From Auanema rhodensis (Eukaryota > Animalia > Nematoda): DNA of 64,000 bases. Positions 1 to 10,700 of the stretch are shown here, piece by piece. Each line of letters starts with the position of its first letter. Within the stretch, counting starts at the first letter, position 1. The stretch spans positions 930,001 to 994,000 of the forward strand of contig OZ059895.1 of the NCBI GenBank assembly GCA_964057225.1, in the 5' to 3' direction. The position numbers were made by a program, and so were the translations under genes. Below the pieces are notes generated by a model. It saw only the letters and a program-made list of their open reading frames with translations. It had not been told where the DNA came from and ran no database searches.

Positions 1-65
1 TCAAACGATCATAACTAATTTTTGTATCAAGCGTTTCTCGATGTAGTATAGTGCATTCGTAGCGG

Positions 66-116
66 ATTTTTAAGCTGCGTCGATCTGTGTTATCAGATTT
101 GCGCTAGCTTAAAAAT
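66..116. other. Monomer dyad 1: long imperfect inverted repeat (present in every monomer, p66-116)
   Basis: ATTTTTAAGCT (66-76) is the exact reverse complement of AGCTTAAAAAT (106-116). Inside, GCG..ATCTG (77-87) pairs with CAGAT..CGC (94-104) around the loop TGTTAT (88-93). In consensus copies it extends with TCGATGC (p57-63) against GCACCGA (p117-123), 6/7 pairs. Confidence 0.9.
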
Positions 117-133
117 GCACCGAGATATCAACT

Positions 134-155
134 GATATAAGTTCACACTTATATC
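134..155. other. Monomer dyad 2: perfect 9-bp stem, 4-nt loop (p134-155)
   Basis: GATATAAGT-TCAC-ACTTATATC. Flanking CGAG (121-124) can pair with CTCG (156-159). An alternative dyad ATATCA-AC-TGATAT (125-138) overlaps it. Confidence 0.92.
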
Positions 156-216
156 CTCGATTTTCACCCTGAAGAATTGATTTTTTCGTTGAATAACATT
201 GTCTATCGTCTTTGCC

Positions 217-355
217 TTGAAAAATGGAAACTAAAAACATCTACTTTTTGCTTAATTATTTTGAAATTTTTCGAAGAAATTTTTGTCAAAATGTTTTTGG
301 AAGCAATGTTGAGTGTACATGGAAACTCAACATACACTAATGCATCATTTTTCAA
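217..355. other. Long-range 10-bp inverted repeat enclosing the A/T-tract domain and dyad 3
   Basis: TTGAAAAATG (217-226) is the exact reverse complement of CATTTTTCAA (346-355). Nested inside, AAAAACAT (233-240) pairs with ATGTTTTT (291-298). Confidence 0.8.
306..333. other. Monomer dyad 3: perfect 9-bp stem, 10-nt loop (p306-333)
   Basis: ATGTTGAGT (306-314)-GTACATGGAA-ACTCAACAT (325-333). AGTGTA (312-317) is also complementary to TACACT (333-338). Confidence 0.92.
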
Positions 356-608
356 ACAATCATAACTAATTTGTGTATTAAGCGTTTCTCAATGTAGTAT
401 AGTGCATTCGATGCGGATTTTTAAGCTGCGTCGATCTGTGTTATCAGATTTGCGCTAGCTTAAAAATGCACCGAGATATCAACTGATATAAGTTCACACT
501 TATATCCTCGATTTTCACCCTGAAGAATTGATTTTTTCGTTGAATAACATTGTCTATCGTCTTTGCCTTGAAAAATGGAATCCAAAAACATCTACTTTTT
601 GCTAAATT

Positions 609-643
609 ATTTTGAAATTTTTCGAAAAAATTTTTGTCAAAAT
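609..643. other. Monomer dyad 4: A/T-tract quasi-palindrome (p258-292; shown in monomer 2)
   Basis: ATTTTGA (609-615) and TCAAAAT (637-643) flank the perfect 12-bp palindrome TTTTTCGAAAAA (p267-278). Confidence 0.8.
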
Positions 644-2458
644 GTTTTTGGAAGCAATGTTGAGTGTACATGGAAACTCAACATACACTAATGCATCATT
701 TTTCAAACAATCATAACTAATTTGTGTATTAAGCGTTTCTCAATGTAGTATAGTGCAATCGATGCGGATTTTTAAGCTGCGTTGATCTGTGTTATCAGAT
801 TTGCGCTAGCTTAAAAATGCACCGAGATATCAACTGATATAAGTTCACACTTATATCCTCGATTTTCACCCTGAAGAATTGATTTTTTCGTTGAATAACA
901 TTGTCTATCGTCTTTGCCTTAAAAAATGGAATCTAAAAACATCTACTTTTTGCTAAATTACTTTGAAATTTTTCGAAAAAATTTTTGTCAAAATGTTTTT
1001 GGAAGCAATGTTGAGTGTACATGGAAACTCAACATACACTAATGCATCATTTTTCAAACGATCATAACTAATTTTTGTATCAAGCGTTTCTCGATGTAGT
1101 ATAGTGCATTCGATGCGGATTTTTAAGCTGCGTCGATCTGTGTTATCAGATTTGCGCTAGCTTAAAAATGCACCGAGATATCAACTGATATAAGTTCACA
1201 CTTATATCCTCGATTTTCACCCTGAAGAATTAATTTTCTCGTTAAATAACATTGTCCATCGTCTTTGCCTTGAAAAATGGAATCTAAAAACATCTACTTT
1301 TTGCTAAATTGTTTCGAAATTTTTCGAAAAAATTTTTGTCAAAATGTTTTTGGAAGCAATGTTGAGTGTACATGGAAACTCAACATACACTAATGCATCA
1401 TTTTTCAAACAATCATAACTAATTTGTGTATTAAGCGTTTCTCAATGTAGTATAGTGCATTCGATGCGGATTTTTAAGCTGCGTCGATCTGTGTTATCAG
1501 ATTTGCGCTAGCTTAAAAATGCACCGAGATATCAACTGATATAAGTTCACACTTATATCCTCGATTTTCACCCTGAAGAATTGTTTTTTTTTGTTGAATA
1601 ACATTGTCTATCGTCTTTGCCTTGAAAAATGGAATCTAAAAACATCTACTTTTTGCTAAATTATTTTGAAATTTTTCGAAAAAATTTTTGTCAAAATGTT
1701 TTTGGAAGCAATGTTGAGTGTACATGGAAACTCAACATACACTAATGCATCATTTTTCAAACAATCATAACTAATTTGTGTATTAAGCGTTTCTCAATGT
1801 AGTATAGTGCATTCGATGCGGATTTTTAAGCTGCGTCGATCTGTGTTATCAGATTTGCGCTAGCTTAAAAATGCACCGAGATATCAACTGATATAAGTTC
1901 ACACTTATATCCTCGATTTTCACCCTGAAGAATTGATTTTTTCGTTGAATAACATTGTCTATCGTCTTTGCCTTGAAAAATGGAATCTAAAAACATCTAC
2001 TTTTTGCTAAATTGTTTCGAAATTTTTCGAAAAAATTTTTGTCAAAATGTTTTTGGAAGCAATGTTGAGTGTACATGGAAACTCAACATACACTAATGCA
2101 TCATTTTTCAAACAATCATAACTAATTTGTGTATTAAGCGTTTCTCAATGTAGTATAGTGCAATCGATGCGGATTTTTAAGCTGCGTCGATCTGTGTTAT
2201 CAGATTTGCGCTAGCTTAAAAATGCACCGAGATATCAACTGATATAAGTTCACACTTATATTCTCGATTTTCACCCTGAAGAATTGATTTTTTCGTTGAA
2301 TAACATTGTCTATCGTCTTTGCCTTGAAAAATGGAATCTAAAAACATCTACTTTTTGCTAAATTACTTTGAAATTTTTCGAAAAAATTTTTGTCAAAATG
2401 TTTTTGGAAGCAATGTTGAGTGTACATGGAAACTCAACATACACTAATGCATCATTTT

Positions 2459-5400
2459 TCAAACGATCATAACTAATTTTTGTATCAAGCGTTTCTCGAT
2501 GTAGTATAGTGCATTCGATGCGGATTTTTAAGCTGCGTCGATCTGTGTTATCAGATTTGCGCTAGCTTAAAAATGCACCGAGATATCAACTGATATAAGT
2601 TCACACTTATATCCTCGATTTTCACCCTGAAGAATTAATTTTTTCGTTAAATAACATTGTCCATCGTCTTTGCCTTGAAAAATGGAATCTAAAAACATCT
2701 ACTTTTTGCTAAATTATTTTGAATATTTTCGAAAAAATTTTTGTCAAAATGTTTTTGGAAGCAATGTTGAGTGTACATGGAAACTCAACATACACTAATG
2801 CATCATTTTTCAAACAATCATAACTAATTTGTGTATTAAGCGTTTCTCAATGTAGTATAGTGCAATCGATGCGGATTTTTAAGCTGCGTCGATCTGTGTT
2901 ATCAGATTTGCGCTAGCTTAAAAATGCACCGAGATATCAACTGATATAAGTTCACACTTATATCCTCGATTTTCACCCTGAAGAATTGATTTTTTCGTTG
3001 AATAACATTGTCTATCGTCTTTGCCTTGAAAAATGGAATCTAAAAACATCTACTTTTTGCTAAATTATTTTGAAATTTTTCGAAAAAATTTTTGTCAAAA
3101 TGTTTTTGGAAGCAATGTTGAGTGTACATGGAAACTCAACATACACTAATGCATCATTTTTCAAACGATCATAACTAATTTTTGTATCAAGCGTTTCTCG
3201 ATGTAGTATAGTGCATTCGTAGCGGATTTTTAAGCTGCGTCGATCTGTGTTATCAGATTTGCGCTAGCTTAAAAATGCACCGAGATATCAACTGATATAA
3301 GTTCACACTTATATCCTCGATTTTCACCCTGAAGAATTAATTTTTTCGTTGAATAACATTGTCCATCGTCTTTGCCTTGAAAAATGGAATCTAAAAACAT
3401 CTACTTTTTGCTAAATTGTTTCGAAATTTTTCGAAAAAATTTTTGTCAAAATGTTTTTGGAAGCAATGTTGAGTGTACATGGAAACTCAACATACACTAA
3501 TGCATCATTTTTCAAACAATCATAACTAATTTGTGTATTAAGCGTTTCTCAATGTAGTATAGTGCAATCGATGCGGATTTTTAAGCTGCGTCGATCTGTG
3601 TTATCAGATTTGCGCTAGCTTAAAAATGCACCGAGATATCAACTGATATAAGTTCACACTTATATCCTCGATTTTCACCCTGAAGAATTGATTTTTTCGT
3701 TGAATAACATTGTCTATCGTCTTTGCCTTGAAAAATGGAATCTAAAAACATCTACTTTTTGCTAAATTACTTTGAACTTTTTCGAAAAAATTTTTGTCAA
3801 AATGTTTTTGGAAGCAATGTTGAGTGTACATGGAAACTCAACATACACTAATGCATCATTTTTCAAACGATCATAACTAATTTTTGTATCAAGCGTTTCT
3901 CAATGTAGTATAGTGCAATCGATGCGGATTTTTAAGCTGCGTCGATCTGTGTTATCAGATTTGCGCTAGCTTAAAAATGCACCGAGATATCAACTGATAT
4001 AAGTTCACACTTATATCCTCGATTTTCACCCTGAAGAATTAATTTTTTCGTTGAATAACATTGTCCATCGTCTTTGCCTTGAAAAATGGAATCTAAAAAC
4101 ATCTACTTTTTGCTAAATTGTTTCGAAATTTTTCGAAAAAATTTTTGTCAAAATGTTTTTGGAAGCAATGTTGAGTGTACATGGAAACTCAACATACACT
4201 AATGCATCATTTTTCAAACGATCATAACTAATTTTTGTATCAAGCGTTTCTCGATGTAGTATAGTGCATTCGATGCGGATTTTTAAGCTGCGTCGATCTG
4301 TGTTATCAGATTTGCGCTAGCTTAAAAATGCACCGAGATATCAACTGATATAAGTTCACACTTATATCCTCGATTTTCACCCTGAAGAATTAATTTTTTC
4401 GTTAAATAACATTGTCCATCGTCTTTGCCTTGAAAAATGGAATCTAAAAACATCTACTCTTTGCTAAATTATTTTGAATATTTTCGAAAAAATTTTTGTC
4501 AAAATGTTTTTGGAAGCAATGTTGAGTGTACATGGAAACTCAACATACACTAATGCATCATTTTTCAAACAATCATAACTAATTTGTGTATTAAGCGTTT
4601 CTCAATGTAGTATAGTGCAATCGATGCGGATTTTTAAGCTGCGTCGATCTGTGTTATCAGATTTGCGCTAGCTTAAAAATGCACCGAGATATCAACTGAT
4701 ATAAGTTCACACTTATATCCTCGATTTTCACCCTGAAGAATTGATTTTTTCGTTGAATAACATTGTCTATCGTCTTTGCCTTGAAAAATGGAATCTAAAA
4801 ACATCTACTTTTTGCTAAATTATTTTGAAATTTTTCGAAAAAATTTTTGTCAAAATGTTTTTGGAAGCAATGTTGAGTGTACATGGAAACTCAACATACA
4901 CTAATGCATCATTTTTCAAACGATCATAACTAATTTTTGTATCAAGCGTTTCTCGATGTAGTATAGTGCATTCGTAGCGGATTTTTAAGCTGCGTCGATC
5001 TGTGTTATCAGATTTGCGCTAGCTTAAAAATGCACCGAGATATCAACTGATATAAGTTCACACTTATATCCTCGATTTTCACCCTGAAGAATTAATTTTT
5101 TCGTTGAATAACATTGTCCATCGTCTTTGCCTTGAAAAATGGAATCTAAAAACATCTACTTTTTGCTAAATTGTTTCGAAATTTTTCGAAAAAATTTTTG
5201 TCAAAATGTTTTTGGAAGCAATGTTGAGTGTACATGGAAACTCAACATACACTAATGCATCATTTTTCAAACAATCATAACTAATTTGTGTATTAAGCGT
5301 TTCTCAATGTAGTATAGTGCAATCGATGCGGATTTTTAAGCTGCGTCGATCTGTGTTATCAGATTTGCGCTAGCTTAAAAATGCACCGAGATATCAACTG

Positions 5401-5968
5401 ATATAAGTTCACACTTATATCCTCGATTTTCACCCTGAAGAATTGATTTTTTCGTTGAATAACATTGTCTATCGTCTTTGCCTTGAAAAATGGAATCTAA
5501 AAACATCTACTTTTTGCTAAATTACTTTGAACTTTTTCGAAAAAATTTTTGTCAAAATGTTTTTGGAAGCAATGTTGAGTGTACATGGAAACTCAACATA
5601 CACTAATGCATCATTTTTCAAACGATCATAACTAATTTTTGTATCAAGCGTTTCTCAATGTAGTATAGTGCAATCGATGCGGATTTTTAAGCTGCGTCGA
5701 TCTGTGTTATCAGATTTGCGCTAGCTTAAAAATGCACCGAGATATCAACTGATATAAGTTCACACTTATATCCTCGATTTTCACCCTGAAGAATTAATTT
5801 TTTCGTTGAATAACATTGTCCATCGTCTTTGCCTTGAAAAATGGAATCTAAAAACATCTACTTTTTGCTAAATTGTTTCGAAATTTTTCGAAAAAATTTT
5901 TGTCAAAATGTTTTTGGAAGCAATGTTGAGTGTACATGGAAACTCAACATACACTAATGCATCATTTT
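2459..5968. repeat. Local HOR: two copies of a 5-monomer (1755-bp) unit
   Basis: Monomers 8-12 and 13-17 carry the same ordered markers: GTTAAAT + GAATATT (2649/4404), CGTAGC + ATTGTTTCG, then ATTACTTTGAAC. Confidence 0.85.
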
Positions 5969-7723
5969 TCAAACAATCATAACTAATTTGTGTATTAAGC
6001 GTTTCTCAATGTAGTATAGTGCAATCGATGCGGATTTTTAAGCTGCGTCGATCTGTGTTATCAGATTTGCGCTAGCTTAAAAATGCACCGAGATATCAAC
6101 TGATATAAGTTCACACTTATATCCTCGATTTTCACCCTGAAGAATTGATTTTTTCGTTGAATAACATTGTCTATCGTCTTTGCCTTGAAAAATGGAATCT
6201 AAAAACATCTACTTTTTGCTAAATTACTTTGAACTTTTTCGAAAAAATTTTTGTCAAAATGTTTTTGGAAGCAATGTTGAGTGTACATGGAAACTCAACA
6301 TACACTAATGCATCATTTTTCAAACGATCATAACTAATTTTTGTATCAAGCGTTTCTCAATGTAGTATAGTGCAATCGATGCGGATTTTTAAGCTGCGTC
6401 GATCTGTGTTATCAGATTTGCGCTAGCTTAAAAATGCACCGAGATATCAACTGATATAAGTTCACACTTATATCCTCGATTTTCACCCTGAAGAATTAAT
6501 TTTTTCGTTGAATAACATTGTCTATCGTCTTTGCCTTGAAAAATGGAATCTAAAAACATCTACTTTTTGCTAAATTATTTTGAAATTTTTCGAAAAAATT
6601 TTTGTCAAAATGTTTTTGGAAGCAATGTTGAGTGTACATGGAAACTCAACATACACTAATGCATCATTTTTCAAACAATCATAACTAATTTGTGTATTAA
6701 GCGTTTCTCGATGTAGTATAGTGCATTCGTAGCGGATTTTTAAGCTGCGTCGATCTGTGTTATCAGATTTGCGCTAGCTTAAAAATGCACCGAGATATCA
6801 ACTGATATAAGTTCACACTTATATCCTCGATTTTCACCCTGAAGAATTAATTTTTTCGTTGAATAACATTGTCCATCGTCTTTGCCTTGAAAAATGGAAT
6901 CTAAAAACATCTACTTTTCGCTAAATTATTTTGAAATTTTTCGAAAAAATTTTTGTCAAAATGTTTTTGGAAGCAATGTTGAGTGTACATGGAAACTCAA
7001 CATACACTAATGCATCATTTTTCAAACGATCATAACTAATTTTTGTATTAAGCGTTTCTCAATGTAGTATAGTGCAATCGATGCGGATTTTTAAGCTGCG
7101 TCGATCTGTGTTATCAGATTTGCGCTAGCTTAAAAATGCACCGAGATATCAACTGATATAAGTTCACACTTATATCCTCGATTTTCACCCTGAAGAATTG
7201 ATTTTTTCGTTGAATAACATTGTCTATCGTCTTTGCCTTGAAAAATGGAATCTAAAAACATCTACTTTTTGCTAAATTATTTTGAAATTTTTCGAAAAAA
7301 TTTTTGTCAAAATGTTTTTGGAAGCAATGTTGAGTGTACATGGAAACTCAACATACACTAATGCATCATTTTTCAAACGATCATAACTAATTTTTGTATC
7401 AAGCGTTTCTCGATGTAGTATAGTGCAATCGATGCGGATTTTTAAGCTGCGTCGATCTGTGTTATCAGATTTGCGCTAGCTTAAAAATGCACCGAGATAT
7501 CAACTGATATAAGTTCACACTTATATCCTCGATTTTCACCCTGAAGAATTAATTTTTTCGTTGAATAACATTGTCCATCGTCTTTGCCTTGAAAAATGGA
7601 ATCTAAAAACATCTACTTTTCGCTAAATTATTTTGAAATTTTTCGAAAAAATTTTTGTCAAAATGTTTTTGGAAGCAATGTTGAGTGTACATGGAAACTC
7701 AACATACACTAATGCATCATTTT

Positions 7724-10700
7724 TCAAACGATCATAACTAATTTTTGTATTAAGCGTTTCTCAATGTAGTATAGTGCAATCGATGCGGATTTTTAAGCTG
7801 CGTCGATCTGTGTTATCAGATTTGCGCTAGCTTAAAAATGCACCGAGATATCAACTGATATAAGTTCACACTTATATCCTCGATTTTCACCCTGAAGAAT
7901 TGATTTTTTCGTTGAATAACATTGTCTATCGTCTTTGCCTTGAAAAATGGAATCTAAAAACATCTACTTTTTGCTAAATTATTTTGAAATTTTTCGAAAA
8001 AATTTTTGTCAAAATGTTTTTGGAAGCAATGTTGAGTGTACATGGAAACTCAACATACACTAATGCATCATTTTTCAAACGATCATAACTAATTTTTGTA
8101 TCAAGCGTTTCTCGATGTAGTATAGTGCAATCGATGCGGATTTTTAAGCTGCGTCGATCTGTGTTATCAGATTTGCGCTAGCTTAAAAATGCACCGAGAT
8201 ATCAACTGATATAAGTTCACACTTATATCCTCGATTTTCACCCTGAAGAATTGATTTTTTCGTTGAATAACATTGTCTATCGTCTTTGCCTTGAAAAATG
8301 GAATCTAAAAACATCTACTTTTTGCTAAATTATTTTGAAATTTTTCGAAAAAATTTTTGTCAAAATGTTTTTGGAAGCAATGTTGAGTGTACATGGAAAC
8401 TCAACATACACTAATGCATCATTTTTCAAACGATCATAACTAATTTTTGTATCAAGCGTTTCTCGATGTAGTATAGTGCATTCGATGCGGATTTTTAAGC
8501 TGCGTCGATCTGTGTTATCAGATTTGCGCTAGCTTAAAAATGCACCGAGATATCAACTGATATAAGTTCACACTTATATCCTCGATTTTCACCCTGAAGA
8601 ATTAATTTTTTCGTTGAATAACATTGTCCATCGTCTTTGCCTTGAAAAATGGAATCTAAAAACATCTACTTTTCGCTAAATTATATTGAAATTTTTCGAA
8701 AAAATTTTTGTCAAAATGTTTTTGGAAGCAATGTTGAGTGTACATGGAAACTCAACATACACTAATGCATCATTTTTCAAACGATCATAACTAATTTTTG
8801 TATCAAGCGTTTCTCGATGTAGTATAGTGCATTCGTAGCGGATTTTTAAGCTGCGTCGATCTGTGTTATCAGATTTGCGCTAGCTTAAAAATGCACCGAG
8901 ATATCAACTGATATAAGTTCACACTTATATCCTCGATTTTCACCCTGAAGAATTAATTTTTTCGTTGAATAACATTGTCCATCGTCTTTGCCTTAAAAAA
9001 AGGAATCTAAAAACATTTACTTTTTGCTAAATTATTTTGAAATTTTTCGAAAAAATTTTTGTCAAAATGTTTTTGGAAGCAATGTTGAGTGTACATGGAA
9101 ACTCAACATACACTAATGCATCATTTTTCAAACGATCATAACTAATTTTTGTATCAAGCGTTTCTCAATGTAGTATAGTGCATTCGATGCGGATTTTTAA
9201 GCTGCGTCGATCTGTGTTATCAGATTTGCGCTAGCTTAAAAATGCACCGAGATATCAACTGATATAAGTTCACACTTATATCCTCGATTTTCACCCTGAA
9301 GAATTAATTTTTTCGTTGAATAACATTGTCCATCGTCTTTGCCTTGAAAAATGGAATCTAAAAACATCTACTTTTTGCTAAATTATTTTGAAATTTTTCG
9401 AAAAAATTTTTGTCAAAATGTTTTTGGAAGCAATGTTGAGTGTACATGGAAACTCAACATACACTAATGCATCATTTTTCAAACAATCATAACTAATTTG
9501 TGTATTAAGCGTTTCTCAATGTAGTAAAGTGCAATCGATGCGGATTTTTAAGCTGCGTCGATCTGTGTTATCAGATTTGCGCTAGCTTAAAAATGCACCG
9601 AGATATCAACTGATATAAGTTCACACTTATATCCTCGATTTTCACCCTGAAGAATTGATTTTTTCGTTGAATAACATTGTCTATCGTTTTTGCCTTGAAA
9701 AATGGAATCTAAAAACAGCTACTTTTTGCTAAATTATTTTGAAATTTTTCGAAAAAATTTTTGTCAAAATGTTTTTGGAAGCAATGTTGAGTGTACATGG
9801 AAACTCAACATACACTAATGCATCATTTTTCAAACGATCATAACTAATTTTTGTATTAAGCGTTTCTCAATGTAGTATAGTGCAATCGATGCGGATTTTT
9901 AAGCTGCGTCGATCTGTGTTATCAGATTTGCGCTAGCTTAAAAATGCACCGAGATATCAACTGATATAAGTTCACACTTATATCCTCGATTTTCACCCTG
10001 AAGAATTGATTTTTTCGTTGAATAACATTGTCTATCGTCTTTGCCTTGAAAAATGGAATCTAAAAACATCTACTTTTTGCTAAATTATTTTGAAATTTTT
10101 CGAAAAAATTTTTGTCAAAATGTTTTTGGAAGCAATGTTGAGTGTACATGGAAACTCAACATACACTAATGCATCATTTTTCAAACGATCATAACTAATT
10201 TTTGTATCAAGCGTTTCTCGATGTAGTATAGTGCAATCGATGCGGATTTTTAAGCTGCGTCGATCTGTGTTATCAGATTTGCGCTAGCTTAAAAATGCAC
10301 CGAGATATCAACTGATATAAGTTCACACTTATATCCTCGATTTTCACCCTGAAGAATTGATTTTTTCGTTGAATAACATTGTCTATCGTCTTTGCCTTGA
10401 AAAATGGAATCTAAAAACATCTACTTTTTGCTAAATTATTTTGAAATTTTTCGAAAAAATTTTTGTCAAAATGTTTTTGGAAGCAATGTTGAGTGTACAT
10501 GGAAACTCAACATACACTAATGCATCATTTTTCAAACGATCATAACTAATTTTTGTATCAAGCGTTTCTCGATGTAGTATAGTGCATTCGATGCGGATTT
10601 TTAAGCTGCGTCGATCTGTGTTATCAGATTTGCGCTAGCTTAAAAATGCACCGAGATATCAACTGATATAAGTTCACACTTATATCCTCGATTTTCACCC

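Noticed and set aside
82-107. Helitron-like 3' end (hairpin followed by CTAG)
   Set aside because: The hairpin is short and AT-rich, and the CTAG lies inside the larger dyad 1. There are no element boundaries in the window to support it.
184-200. CENP-B box-like TTTCGTTGAATAACATT
   Set aside because: It matches TTCG....A but lacks the essential CGGG half of the NTTCGNNNNANNCGGGN core.
169-226. Possible hammerhead ribozyme (CTGAAGA matches CUGANGA; satellite-borne hammerheads and retrozymes are known)
   Set aside because: No stem II closes onto any downstream GAAA (p219, p263, p273, p322), and there is no complement for the stem I strand TTTTCACC. The minus-strand candidate CTGATAA...GAAAC breaks the conserved core. 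An Infernal search with hammerhead models on a monomer dimer would settle it.
1-351. Monomer as an ancient dimer of ~175-bp halves
   Set aside because: There is only weak similarity (TTTTCA...TAATTTTT at p349-23 and p161-185), with uneven offsets and low complexity. It is not supportable by eye.
1-351. Assignment to a named ~350-360-bp satellite, 5S rDNA or tRNA/snRNA tandem unit
   Set aside because: I recognise no diagnostic sequence of these families, and similar length alone is not evidence. A database search is required.
177-365. 62-aa ORF (+)
   Set aside because: It is a satellite-derived, low-complexity F/K/L-rich translation with a TTG start. It is open only because private variants in monomer 1 remove stops present in other copies.
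444-671. 75-aa ORF (-)
   Set aside because: It reaches this length only in monomer 2, where the TCCAAAAAC variant removes a minus-strand TAG stop. It has no recognisable domain.
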